A DNA stretch of 64,000 nt from Bigelowiella natans CCMP2755 (taxonomy: Eukaryota > Protista > Cercozoa). The position numbers and the translations under genes were made by a program. Shown here piece by piece: positions 38,494 to 51,220 of this stretch. The notes beneath the pieces were generated by a model. The model saw nothing but the letters and a program-made list of their open reading frames with translations. It was not told the origin of the DNA and ran no database searches. The stretch spans positions 1 to 64,000 of the forward strand of contig ADNK01001946.1 of the NCBI GenBank assembly GCA_000320545.1. The letters are read 5' to 3'. Each line of letters starts with the position of its first letter. Position 1 is the stretch's first letter.

Positions 38494-39759
38494 CTTTTGT
38501 TATTTTCTTTTTTAAATGTATATTTCTAGTATTATTCTCGGAGAAACATGCTCGCCGTTCAGAAAGGCGGACTCCAGAGCATGCTGGCCTTATTCTTCAC
38601 GAATGAGCGACTCTCTACGAGCTATTGTTTATGCTTTCATGTGGGGGTGTTTGACTAGGCTCTATTCGCTGTATTCATGGGGGGGGAAATACAGCGATAA
38701 AGACGTATCAACTCCCTTGTCCCAGCAGCAGGTACCAGCAGCGACGGCAATAACAACAATAGTCGCCATTGCGCGTGATGCTGCTAGTCGCTGCCGGAGG
38801 AGGTCGGTCTCCCCTGCAATGGTTGACCGTGAGAAAATGAAGGAGGAGTTTCTCGGGCCATCAGGACAGGGGGGTCAAAATGCTTTTGAACACGAGGATG
38901 CAGCATTCACTCACATCGTTTGCGTGAGAAGACGAAGAAGAAGAAGAAAAAGAAAAAGAAAAGAAGAAACGACGATGGGGATGAGGATGATGATGATCTC
39001 AGCCGCGAAGAAGCATAGAATCCACATCCCAGATCTCATCAATCAATCAATTTTCCATCATGCATCGAAGGGGAAAGACTCACCGCCGTTGTGCTAAGAC
39101 AATCGCGCAGCCTGCCGCGCGGATTTTGTTTCTGGCGGCGTTCTCCGCTAGGTGGAGGAGGTGACCCGTCTTTTTTTTAAATTTCAAAACAAGATAAATT
39201 CAACGATTCAGATACAGCAGATCATGATGATGATGATGATGATGATGATAATGATGATAATGATGATGATGATGGTGGTGGTGATGATGATGATGATGAT
39301 AGTGGTAGTGGCGATGATGATAAATTAATCAATCGCTGCATGCTGGCTCGGCGAAGCATCAGCAACTTGCACGGAACCCCCCCCCTCCCCATAGGAAGAA
39401 AGATACTTGCGATCTGCACGATAGGGCAGCCAGCGTGCTCTCGAAAAGCATCATAAAAACCCTTTTTAAGTGGTAGCCATTGTCATCATCGTCGATGCTA
39501 ATTTGTGTCTACTCTCCTCAATGCCCCTTTAGTCTACTACACCAACCTCCATTTCCAACGTCACTGACTCAGGGTGGATCTCCATCAGCTCATCGATGAG
39601 TCTGATTTTCACATTGAAAAGACATCAGCAGTAGCAGCAGCGCCATTGTTTGCATGAGCAGATTTTCGATATAAACGCATCATTAAAGCTGCAGGCGGAG
39701 GCGGGTAGGAAAATATGCAAGCTTCCTCCGTGTAAGAATCAACAGCTAGCATATTGCAC

Positions 39760-39825
<66 letters not shown>

Positions 39826-41418
39826 TTGTATGTTTGTGTGTGCGTCCATACTGGTCATTGTGATCGTTGAACCATGGATCTTGACGGCCTGCGATATTTT
39901 CCGTCAAGCAACCACCCGACAACAACAACGACAACAACAACAGCAGCAGCAGCAGCGAAGAATAACGAATCCGTTCAAACCGCTCACGCAAATGAGAGCA
40001 ATCTCTCACTGCAGCAGCCAAAGCACGCCTTTAGAGCTACTATCTACGATGATGGCATTCTTTCTCAGTGTTTAATTTCCCCCCCTGTTTCTCAAACGCA
40101 CATGCTCTCGTTTGGCCTCTTGTGTTTCGATCATTTCTTAAGTGGGATGATTCAGCAGCGGCGCCGTCCTCCTCCTCCCCCCCCCTCGCCGCCGCCAGCA
40201 TGCATATATACCTTGAGATCCATAGAACGAGTCGCATGTAGCTCCTGTTCCCCTCACAACCTAGTGAGATATAGCACGATGATAGAGCATTGGAAGAAGG
40301 AAGAGAGGGGGGATTCATTGCAGGCAATCCAACAAGTGTCATCGATTCGTCTTCAAATCGAGGGGTAGCAATTCTTTCATTAGTCCCTCCCTCACCTCCC
40401 TTCCTTCCCCCACCCCTCCCCTGACCCTTGGCATTGCTGCTCTATCTTTCAATTCATGCGACAAGCAGCACTGGGCCTACTTACGGGATACTTCTCGATT
40501 CTCTTCGAAAGCTCACGCTCGAGGGCTGCTGAGAGCGCCGCATCAGCCTGTTGGGGATTTGCGGCAATTTTTATTATATTACACGTGTCTTCGCTGTTGT
40601 TGTTGGGGGATTTGAAGCACTATTATTATTATTACTATTATTATTATTATTATTAAATCTTACTATTAGACGTGTCGTAGCCAAGGCGGGCGCGACGAAA
40701 CGGGTGGAAATCTCGTTCCTTCCTAGCCCCGCTACCACTGCTACTACTTCAACTACAAGCATACTTGCGGTGAATCAAATCCTCCTCCTCCTCCTCCTAC
40801 TACTACTAGTACTGATGCTACTACTACTACTACTACCGGGATAGGATTCGAAATCGTGTAGTATTTCCCCATTTGCTTCGCTCCGTTCTTGAGCTCTTTC
40901 TGAGGAATGGAGGGGGAGGGGGAGGATAAGGAGGAGGGGGAGGGAGGGGGGGGGGTTAGCACCGTGGGCCAACGCCGGTTTATGCAGTAGGAGACACATT
41001 TTTCAAGTTTTCGAGCTCCTTCTCTCTTTATTCTCATCTTTCCTTTTTTTTTTGGATGGGGCCGAGCGAATAACAAGCTGGATTTTCTCTCAAATAATGC
41101 CCTGTTTCACCCTCTCGCCCTCCCCACCTTCGCCTTCACGAAGCCATCGTAGTTCCGGGTGATGAGCACGCAGCGGTCGTTGACGGTTACTGGTGGATAG
41201 GAATAGACAGAGCGACAAAGATTAGCGGGCGTTTCGCCGTCCGCGACGCACAGAGCCGCGGTCTTTTCCCTACTGATTTGATTGACCGCACGGCACTGAA
41301 CACTCTCTTTCATTCTGAATAAGCGCAATATACCCGTTCCTATTGCGACTTTAGTCGAAGGCGTTCCGCAAGTGCCGAGCCTCAGGAACATTAGCGTCCC
41401 ATCGACGCAAGAGTTAAC
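37715..41418 (-). CDS. Uridine/purine nucleoside phosphorylase family protein (PNP_UDP_1), N-terminal exons absent
   Basis: Exons VNSCVDGTLMFLRLGTCG, VLITRNYDGF, YYTISNPIP-ADAALSAALEREL, GATCDSFYGSQG-RQDPWFNDHNDQ-LIDELMEIHPESVTLEME, LLHLAENAARNKIRAAGCAIVLAQRR and SNDFLSKEET, ending in FVW-stop at 37715. Confidence 0.8.
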
Positions 41419-41725
41419 CTGGTAAGACGAGGAGAAGGGGGGGGGGGGGGGAACGGGGCACACCCAAAGAAGTGTCAATCCCGCACAAACTATTTGATGA
41501 TAACAAAAAGAAGACTCAAAAGCCAACGCAGTGTTCCTTATCTAGACAACGATTTAGCCTCCCATGGATTCTCTCGCATGCTCAAACAACAGCAATCTCG
41601 CATGGCTGTGTGCGTCCACGGGGGGAAAAACCACTGAGTAGCACAACAACAGAGACGCGTCGATAGCGCCGGCTGGATGCTTGATTCATTCCGCCCAAGC
41701 TTAACCGACATATCGAGGCAGTACC

Positions 41726-41926
41726 TGGGAGAAATGCTTTGTGGGCCTTCGTGCACGTTCAGAGCTGCTCCGACCCCATGGCCAGTTCCATGCAGGTAGT
41801 TCAGCCCCCCCTCCCACAGCGGTCGTCGCGCATACGCATCTGTTTATGAGCGCATGGGCAACCAATACAACACGGCTAGTATTACATACGAACATTTATC
41901 TCCAACAGGTATGAAGAGCTATATAT

Positions 41927-41960
<34 letters not shown>

Positions 41961-42237
41961 AGGAAATGTCGTAGTCTTTGCGGCAGCGCCATCACCAAGA
42001 ACGTGGCCCGGCGTGTTCTCTGGCCAAACGCTTTGGTCTACGGCGATGTGCCCTTTCAAGACGCGGGTGTACACCTCCCTGCGACGAGCGGTGGGAGGGG
42101 GAAGGAACCACGCGGTAACAAGCACAGGTCTCATTAGAATTGGTGATGATGGTGTTGTTGGTGTTGTTGTTGTTGTCTTTTGTTGTAGTAAGAAGGTTGT
42201 CAGTTGTTTGCGGACATATACAGACACACACACATAC

Positions 42238-42287
<50 letters not shown>

Positions 42288-42568
42288 TCGCGCGCGCGCG
42301 CGCAAACAACGGAGGAGCAAAGCGTGGAGATTCCTTTGCTATCACCTCCCTCCCCCCCCCCTCCCTGATCACAGATATCCGTCGCACAGTATCACGCAGC
42401 TGGTTTCTACGGCTTACTTTTGGAAGGGTGTCGGTTGGGCTGCGTCACCTCCAAAGTGATATACCCGCGTGCAATCGGTTGTTCCGCACTCATACTGCCC
42501 ACCTAGAGTGCATGCATGCGCACGTATGATCGATTTGTATCAACGTTGCTGCAATATTATGTGTGTAT

Positions 42569-42610
<42 letters not shown>

Positions 42611-42726
42611 TATCTTATATATCCCGGGCGTATGCTGTGTGCGTTTGTGGGTGTGCGTGTGTGTGTGTGTGTGTGGGAAATATAAATCCATAATAAATAG
42701 TAGCACCATACTTGCGGGTATTTTTT

Positions 42727-42773
<47 letters not shown>

Positions 42774-43222
42774 TATATTTCCTCCCTCCCTCTCTCTTTC
42801 TCCTGGTTGCCATCACCAAAGACCAAAGACACATGATTTAATGCAAACGCACAGTACCGCTATCAACAAGAAGCATACTTCCCTGATAATATAATTAATA
42901 TATATATATATATATATATATAAGAAATAAAGAGAGAGAGATATCAAAAGAAAAGCTAGAGAAAAAGAGTAAAGGCAATATCCCTTATAAACGCAATACA
43001 ACGAAAACACCCACAGCAAAGCAAAAGCGAAGGGTGAGGGGAGGGCAGGAGGGGGGAAAGACTCCAAAGCAAACAGCAGCAGCAGCAAAGAGCGCACCGC
43101 CTTGATTCCCCTCGCAGTGTCTTTAGCAGCTCGATAATGGATTACAGCACCGTTAGGGCCCTATTAATCGACGTACATCTCTCTTCACAATCCCCCAAAA
43201 TATTTCAAAAAAGGAAAATATA

Positions 43223-43264
<42 letters not shown>

Positions 43265-43309
43265 GTTCATTACTGAAGTCGGACATGGGCGTCTCATGTA
43301 TCAATATAT

Positions 43310-43349
<40 letters not shown>

Positions 43350-44729
43350 GATACTCGTATCATACCTCCCCTACAATGGAGGGGAAACTCGGTTCGAAAA
43401 AGCCAGACTGCAAAAAAAAAAGAGGGGGGGGAGCGGGGGGGGTGGAGGGGGGCGGGAGGAGGAAGAAAGAGGTTATTCAAACAGTAGCTGCAGGGGTAGC
43501 GGCACTGCTAAGAGGCATCTTTGAACAACTCTCTTGCCGATCTCTTTCCTACCTGCTCCGCCCGGAAATTAGCAAGCTCAGCACCGGCTACATATTCGCT
43601 GACCTTTATAACGTACACGCATAACGTTAGCATCAGCGCCGCTGCATCGTAATGTGTATCCGATGATATTCGAAAACAATCAAAATCAAAATCAAAATCG
43701 TGGTTTGGTAGCGTCGTTGCGCGCGAGGCTTGTCACCGTCTCTCCCTTCTTCGTTAGCGCGTCCATCCAGGCGAAGAACTTTGCTAGTGCGACACCGTCG
43801 CGAAGATGCGCCTCACGCATTCCAGCCTACATGCATGATGGTGATGATGGTGATGATGGTGATGATGGTGATGATAGTGATGATGGTGATGATAGTGAGG
43901 TTGAAACTCAATCGCCTTCTTTGCCCTTTGTTGTGTTGTTGCTTTGTGTGCTCTTCGTCTTTTGTGCGTTGGAAAGAAAAAAGGCTATTTTTTTTTGGTG
44001 ATTCTATTTATTACGAGTTCGGCCTCATTCTTGGTTGCTTTAGGCATGTCGATTGGAGAGGGCCTCTCAATGAACGAGTCGCTTTTCTCTTCTGAGATAG
44101 TTGTAGCAGCAGCAGCAGCAGCAGCAGCAGTCGTGGTAGTTAGTTATAGTCGTGGTAGTAGTACGTGGTAGTAGTGGAAGGAATAGTAGTAGTAGTAGTA
44201 GTAGTGAAACATCGTCTTAGAATTGCTTCTTCGCAGTGGACAAAATCAAACGACAACGACGATGACGATCTAATGTATTTTCACTTATTGCCTTTCGCCG
44301 CGTTTTTCAGGCCGATGCTGGTTGTCGCAGGGTCGAAGGCAATACGCTTTCCTTCCCTCACGACAGATTTCACGCCTTCAATGACCTGTCACCAATGAAG
44401 CAGCATCAGCAGCAGCATCATCATCATCATCAACAACAACAACACCATCACCAACATCGAGTCGCTTAATGCTCAAACTAATGCATGCAGCATCCTTCGC
44501 CCAGCATTTTCCTTTTACATTACGCATTCACGTCAAATAGCCGCTCGGCATGCCTCCTCGAGCCTTTGCTATAGCGAGAAGAATACCCACCTTGTCGTAC
44601 TCGTAGAAGGCGACCTTGCTCTCCTCCAGCTTGCCTCGCACCACGTCTGAGACCTTCTCTGAGCTCACGAACAGCCGAACCTTTGTATCAAATATAAAAT
44701 AAATAAGTATACATATACAAATATAAATA

Positions 44730-44768
<39 letters not shown>

Positions 44769-44972
44769 CCTCTCACCTGGTCCATCTCCACAATCGCATA
44801 GGCGAGGGGTACGGGGTTACACCTGTTATTATTGCAAATCCCGGGGGAAGTAAAGCCGGTGAATATAAAAACGAAGTACAAGATCGATCGATAGTAATGC
44901 AGCTACGATAAAGAATGCTCCTTCCGACTCGAGGTCATCACGGCATCGTTTTGAGTCATCAATGGTAGTTTC

Positions 44973-45004
<32 letters not shown>

Positions 45005-45532
45005 CTTCCGCGTTTTTCTCATATCACCGTTGTTATTTCTTAATATTCTCACTCTCTTCCTCCTCCCCGTCCTCCTCCCCGCCTTATTCCCGTATTTTCG
45101 TCTTCTTATATCAATATTTCTACTACTACTACCACCATTACTACTACTACTACTGCTACTACTACTACTGCGATGATAACGACAACGATGATGACGATGA
45201 CGATGACGATGATCACAACGGCGCAGTACTCAATGTCTGCCCCACGGATGTTCAGCAGCCAGGAGACGTCATCGAGCTTGGAAACCTAACCATCAAAGCA
45301 CCAACCACACAATGCAGGCTCTAATCTGATGAAGGCGAGTATGCGCTCGTTTGCTGCTGTATAGCCAGATGCGCTTGAGAAGGCGTTTTCCTACCAGCAA
45401 TGCGTCCGCGCCCATTCCTCGGATCTCGTCTCGGAGCTGTTTTGTTAGAAGAGAGGCCGTCAAGTCAAAGCAGCGAGAATAGTCGATCTCCGCAGTCAGT
45501 AGAGTGTTTTGATCTTGCAGCAATCTTGTCTC

Positions 45533-45583
<51 letters not shown>

Positions 45584-46681
45584 TAACTAATCCATTCCCC
45601 CCCCCCCCCCCCTTCCCTCCTCTACCCCCTTGCCTGCACTAGTACAACAGAGGGGAACAACGCGAAAACCGACGTCATCGCGTCACCATCCCTCGATCGA
45701 TCAAGGCCTCTAAACGTGCTTAAGCGCATGTATACTCTCGCCACCGCTCTAGTCGTCATTGTTCGGCCTCGCTACCTTCTTCAGCTTGGCGCTCGCGGAT
45801 TCCCCCGCCCACTTATCCGCGTGCAAGCGCAGCGGCGAGGTTGGATTGGAGGGCCTCTCCTGCCAGATACCTATCGTAATACAACATCTCATTGAGGACC
45901 TCGGCTGCTCTTTGAGAATCATCATCATTTCGGTCAAAGCACGGTGCTGTCAAACTACCATCGATTAGGTTCGTTTCTTCAAGGACGACGGTGATCTCCT
46001 TCGCAGAGAGGACCTTCTCGAGCTCGGCAACCTGGTTGGCGGGGGGAGGGGATGAGAATGGGCGCGTGCGGCGTTCTTCATATAAGACTCAAGTCAGCTG
46101 CTCCGCTGCTGCGCAAGAGACCATTACAGCATCTGCACGCGGTAGAAGTTACACCTCGTTCGCGGTGTGGAGAAGCGGGTCGATCCCGACGTGACTGCCC
46201 GGCGCAAGAGAGTCTCGGAGCCATTCTGATATCTTCGGCGTGGAAGGAAGGCCTGCTTTCTGCAGCTTCCATTCCGAGCTCAACTCATCTATGGGTTCGT
46301 GTATTTATGGAATGGGGACAAGGCGGGGGGGGGGGGGGGGGCATGTACGTAAGAATTACGGGCTGATATCATCAATCGAGTCGGAGGAAGTCTCTCGGGA
46401 TAAAGAGGAAGAGGAGGACGACGAGAAAGGCGAGGGAGGGGGGGATAGGGACCGGCGAGTACGCGCATACACAGACTAAAAGTATTGGTTATAAGCATGT
46501 TTCTAAAATATATATATATATATATTAATCAATTCATATATGTATATCGTGTTGTTTGACATTTGAAAAAGCACATGTACCGTCAGCTTGGAGGAAATAG
46601 CGCCCATCCGTCCATAAGCAGGCGTTGTCGCGAGTAATGACCTGTAAAGGGAGATAAGACAGAGAGACGGAGAGACGGGGA

Positions 46682-46717
<36 letters not shown>

Positions 46718-46766
46718 ACGAGAGAGAACGAATCTAATCACTGGTTGTTCCCAATAAGTGGATATA

Positions 46767-46808
<42 letters not shown>

Positions 46809-47636
46809 GCGTGTTTGTGTGTTTGTGTGTGTGTGTGTGTGTGAAGATTACAACACAACGTATAGATATATTTCCAGAAGATCATTTTCGCCGATAAACT
46901 TTGAAAAGCGAGGCTGTATTTCGAAAGAAGCACATCCATCACACGACCAACTACCGCTGTTCCGGCACTGCCGGTAAAGCCTGAGATATATTCACGACGG
47001 GCAAAGCAGTTGGGGGGGTACTCGCTCTGGTGAGGGTCTGCAGTGGGGACGATATAGGCGTCCTGATCGAGGAGAGAGGGTGTACGTCGGAAAACATGAT
47101 TTTTCATAATTCAGTATGTATTGACCCTCAGCGGCAGAGGGGGGGGAGAGGGAGAGAGGGAGGGAGAGAGAGAGGGAGGGGGGGGGAGAGAAGTATGGGT
47201 AGTCAGCAGTTGATTTTATGCAGTTTCGAATGAGAAGCAGCAATGGCACAGAGCACCAGTTTCTTATCCTCCAAGAGGGTCCGTAATTGCTGCAGCTTGA
47301 TCTCATCTCCTAAACAAATAAAATGCCGTCACCGATTTCTCCTTCACCAAAACAAACACACATCGAATCCCCCCCCCCCTCCCCCCGCAATATCCTATAT
47401 CAAAGCAATCAGTGGTGGGTATTTAACGCACCGGGCGTGGTTTCCTCGACGCTACCACTCTTTGCGGCGCATGCAGAGAAAGAGGCTGCTCGTTGCTGTC
47501 GGGAAGAAGGTAGCAGCGGTTTGCTAAAGCCAAGTGTCGGGTGATGAACTACTGGACTTCGCTGCTGCTGTTGTGCGTATGAAACCAGGTTCCTCCTCCG
47601 CAGTTGTCGAGCTAGTGACTTCTGATGGCGTTTGAG

Positions 47637-47674
<38 letters not shown>

Positions 47675-48185
47675 GCAGAGAGAGCATTTCCAGTGATAGC
47701 GGTATGGTATACGATGGAACTTTTTACTGTGTCAGCATGCACGCGATTTTTAGCGCTTTCGATAGCTAATCCTAAAGTCAGAAATCTGCCTATTCTACAA
47801 ACGTATGCATTGAAGCTCACCGCCTGCCTCCATTCGGCGCTGCGACTTGCCATTCGAGCACTGACCATTTAATCACCCCCCCACACACACACGCAACAAC
47901 ACATGCAATATCAGAGAGGGAGAATGCATCAGAGAAGCGCACCACACCAGACTTCGCGATTCGATTCACCTTGGTTGAAAGGAAATCGCACGCGTCTTTC
48001 CGCTGGAAAGAAGAGATCGGCCAATTCTCCCCCCACCCTACCAATTAGGGACAACAAGAATCACGATGCGCCCCGAACCTATCACCAAGATGCAAATAAA
48101 GGAAACGAAGCTCAACCTGTGAGTGCCAGAGGAATCCTATGGTCATCATCGATAGGCCAGCAATTGCAGCAGCGACCCCTCTCAT
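41726..48185 (-). CDS. Xaa-Pro aminopeptidase (aminopeptidase P, M24B) with bipartite-type N-terminus; C-terminal exons absent
   Basis: [15 protein letters not shown]...[62 protein letters not shown] and [28 protein letters not shown]. First exon [23 protein letters not shown] starts at 48185. Confidence 0.9.
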
Positions 48186-48506
48186 ACGATGTGAGTGGTG
48201 TGTGAGGGAGGAGGAGAGGGAATGTACGAGAAGCCGTGTGGCGAGGAATTCTCTGTCTCGCCCCGTATTGTTGCCGGAACTGTTGCGTTTTTAGGAAATA
48301 ATTCATCCTGAAAACTACCACTGGTAGAATATCGAAAATAAAACTAGGGATGTAAATGCCAAAATATAAGGTACGACAAGGGATAGAACGACAAATTGAA
48401 GAAAAACGGAAAAGAGCACGGAAGTTATCCAAGTCGCTCGCCCCCCCCCGCTTGTGCTCTGCTGTGCTTCGGCCACAAACAAATAAAGAACCCCTCGCAG
48501 ATTACG

Positions 48507-50228
48507 ATGGGACTGGATTCCAATCTGCGAGTGGGTCTTCATTTGTTTATTCTCTACAGAATTAGGAATGATGTTATGAACGTCTCATTTGTCGAATACA
48601 CAATGGTGTTCGTGGCTTTGGGTTGTTTGTCATGGAACTGGGGGCGCTTCAAAAGCCTCATACACCTCGCGTTCGGGCGGAAGGGAGAATTTATGAACAT
48701 CGGAAACCAGACGCAGGGAGGGCGCCTAAATCTCGCCTCTAACTCGAAGTGGGAGATGTTCCTCATTTTCGCACCATGTGCGTATCTACTATGGGTCTTC
48801 ACGCACCTTGCGATTGGCAGCTTGCTCCTGATATTTAGCTTCCACCAGTTGGCCTTGCCCTATCTAACTACAAGGGTCCCTCTTACACACCGCCGCAGAT
48901 GGCTCTCACCCTTCGTTTCCAAAGCTCTTTACAGGTCCCTTGCTTTCCAGCGGTTTGTCATGTTCGAAGCAAGTAAAGAGGGGCAGCTGATGCCAGATGA
49001 TAGCAATGAGCACAAGCGCGTCCGCCGCCTATTGGACGACCTCAAAATTCGGCGAGAGCGCAACGAATCATTGGGCACAGAAGACATGGTGTTTGACTAC
49101 GACTGGCACATCGCAGTCATCAGGAGCGACGAAGAAAATGCATTCACGTGGGGCTGGGGGACAATCGTAGTTTGCAGTGCTTTATTGGGCAGAGAGGATT
49201 ACATTGTGCAGGGTGTCCTGAGCCATGAAATCGGCCATATGGTGTGTCGCCATGCCGACGAACTTGTTCCCGTTCTCACTTTCGCTCGAAACTTCCTCCT
49301 CCCAGCAATCAGGGAGAAGGCCTACCGGGATTTGGCGAGCGGAGCGTTAAAGTTGTTGAAGCTATCGTTCGGACGCGAGCAGGAAGAGGAAGCCGATGCA
49401 TTCGCCGTGGAGCTCATGAAACACAAATGGGGAGATTCTAGGAGATCCAGGTCTCTCGTTCGTCTGTTCGCAGGGTGGAAGAATAGCACATCTTGCCCGG
49501 AGTATCGGTCTTGGGAGGCGCACATGCACTCTTTGCTGAGCACACACCCAACGCTGACGAGTCGCCAACGCGCCTGTGCCTGCCGCCTGGCAGGATACAC
49601 GCACCGCGCAACCGTCGAGGGGCTGTTATATAGGGCGAGTTATTTTGGGTGGCTGGGTAGAGATCGGGCTTACCTCGGGGAATGGCATACCGCCTTGGCA
49701 AAGATTTTTTTATGGTTTATTTGGTGGCCACTAGATGCCTGGTGGTGGAGGCGAAGCCTGCAGACCGTGACCGTGACCGTGAGGCACCCATTCGATCGAT
49801 TGAAACTGCCAGATGGCGAAGCTCACATTCGAAGGTTGGAGCTCAGAGCTCTTGCGCCTCAGTATCTGATGCAGTACCGGAGCGCCCTTGTTGGAAACAG
49901 ATCCAACGTAGAGAGCAGGGACCTTGACGAAACCGTGAGGGAGATCGTAGCGCTTGAGCTTAAGCGAAAACGGCGAAGGCATTGCTGCTCTTGCGGTACA
50001 AAGCATGAGCGGGACAGATTTGCGAGAGAGGGTGAGCGAGAAGAGTTAGATGTCCACCACAACTACAAATGCTTGTGCTGCCTTACAGTTTTCTTCGGCT
50101 GTTGGGGTGTTGACCGCTGTTACAGAGGCCAGAGGTGTCTTGGAATCCTCAAGCTATTCTCAATGTCAATAGGACTTGGAGTGTTTTGGTGGATCTATGA
50201 CATCGTTTTACTTTGCAAAGAGAGATGA
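48507..50228 (+). CDS. M48 (Oma1-like) membrane zinc metallopeptidase with C-terminal TM2 domain, intronless
   Basis: ENAFTWGWGTIVVCSALL, GVLSHEIGHMVCRH (HExxH), FGREQEEEADAFA and LLSTHP. The C-terminus VFFGCWGVDRCYRGQRCLGILKLFS...WWIYDIVLL matches the TM2 pattern. First ATG at 48507. Confidence 0.85.
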   Translation: MGLDSNLRVGLHLFILYRIRNDVMNVSFVEYTMVFVALGCLSWNWGRFKSLIHLAFGRKGEFMNIGNQTQGGRLNLASNSKWEMFLIFAPCAYLLWVFTHLAIGSLLLIFSFHQLALPYLTTRVPLTHRRRWLSPFVSKALYRSLAFQRFVMFEASKEGQLMPDDSNEHKRVRRLLDDLKIRRERNESLGTEDMVFDYDWHIAVIRSDEENAFTWGWGTIVVCSALLGREDYIVQGVLSHEIGHMVCRHADELVPVLTFARNFLLPAIREKAYRDLASGALKLLKLSFGREQEEEADAFAVELMKHKWGDSRRSRSLVRLFAGWKNSTSCPEYRSWEAHMHSLLSTHPTLTSRQRACACRLAGYTHRATVEGLLYRASYFGWLGRDRAYLGEWHTALAKIFLWFIWWPLDAWWWRRSLQTVTVTVRHPFDRLKLPDGEAHIRRLELRALAPQYLMQYRSALVGNRSNVESRDLDETVREIVALELKRKRRRHCCSCGTKHERDRFAREGEREELDVHHNYKCLCCLTVFFGCWGVDRCYRGQRCLGILKLFSMSIGLGVFWWIYDIVLLCKER

Positions 50229-50249
50229 TAAAATGCTTGGTGCGCCTCG

Positions 50250-50960
50250 CTCCTGCAAGAGAGAAGATCGTTGCGGTGGGGGCGCAGTCATGCATACACA
50301 CAATACAGATGCATAGGGTGTGCATATGTGTGCACACACAGTGTCTACTGTGCACCTACCAATGCCTAAGCTAGTAAGGGCGCACACATGGCGGCAGATT
50401 GAACGTTGAATCTACTCAATAGACTTTATAAACACGCAACGTTGCGAACATGCTAGCATGCTGGCATGGTGTGATCGAATGGCACAATCGATCATCACTA
50501 GATCATGCTGATCGATGTCAGACAATGCATGGCAGTAGATGATGCACCGACAAGCTAGCGTTGTGCGCTGCACTGTGGCATGTGTGTGAGACCAAAACAT
50601 TTTGAGTCATCATTGCTCGTCATTGCAACAAAAGAACAATCGATCAAACCTAGCCGCTTCTTGCACTCTATGTGGGTGCTGTCTGCACGATCTAGACAAT
50701 CACTTTGCTGTGGCTGCTGCCAGAAAGCTGTGCGCCGCAAGCGCAGTCTAGCAGTCTCCCACAATTGCACCAAAAACACACGTGGGGATGCAGCATCTTT
50801 CATGCAGACCGAACTAGCGAATGTCCAATGAGTGTGTGACATGCGATAGCTAGCGCATGCTAGCATGTGACATGTGCTGTGTGAGCATCATCAAATTTGC
50901 GTAGTCGCTGCATGATTTGACAACCGTAAACAGGTGTCGCGAGGAACAATTCTCTAGTCC
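50250..50960. other. TpA-depleted patch 6
   Basis: tgctagcatg, gcatgctagc and tctag tracts with very few other TA. Confidence 0.8.
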
Positions 50961-51220
50961 TATGTCCCCAGCATTGTTGCAGGAACTGTTGCGCTCAGAT
51001 GAAAAATCCTAGGAAATAATCAATGCCAACAACTACTACTTTTACAAATTTGGATAGTAAAACCAAGGAGGCAAGTGCCAAAATATGCGTGCGACAAGGA
51101 ATTTGATACATATTTGATTAAAAACGGCAATGAGCATGGAAATCGTGGAGGAGAGATCTCCTAACAAGTCGCTCGCTACCCCCACCGCTGCTGTGCCTCG
51201 GCCCTCCTTCTTAGCGGAGA

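Larger units (their letters stand above)
24690..47670. repeat. Dense intronic microsatellites ((AT)n, (CT)n, (CA)n, poly-C/G, triplets) in the GC-richer genes
   Basis: Directly visible in most introns of the DUF1907, phosphorylase and aminopeptidase genes, and also elsewhere in the window. Confidence 0.95.

Noticed and set aside
37595-46800. Many ORF-track entries with YIYIYI, SLSLSL or THTHTH runs
   Set aside because: They are translations of intronic microsatellites or antisense frames of real exons.
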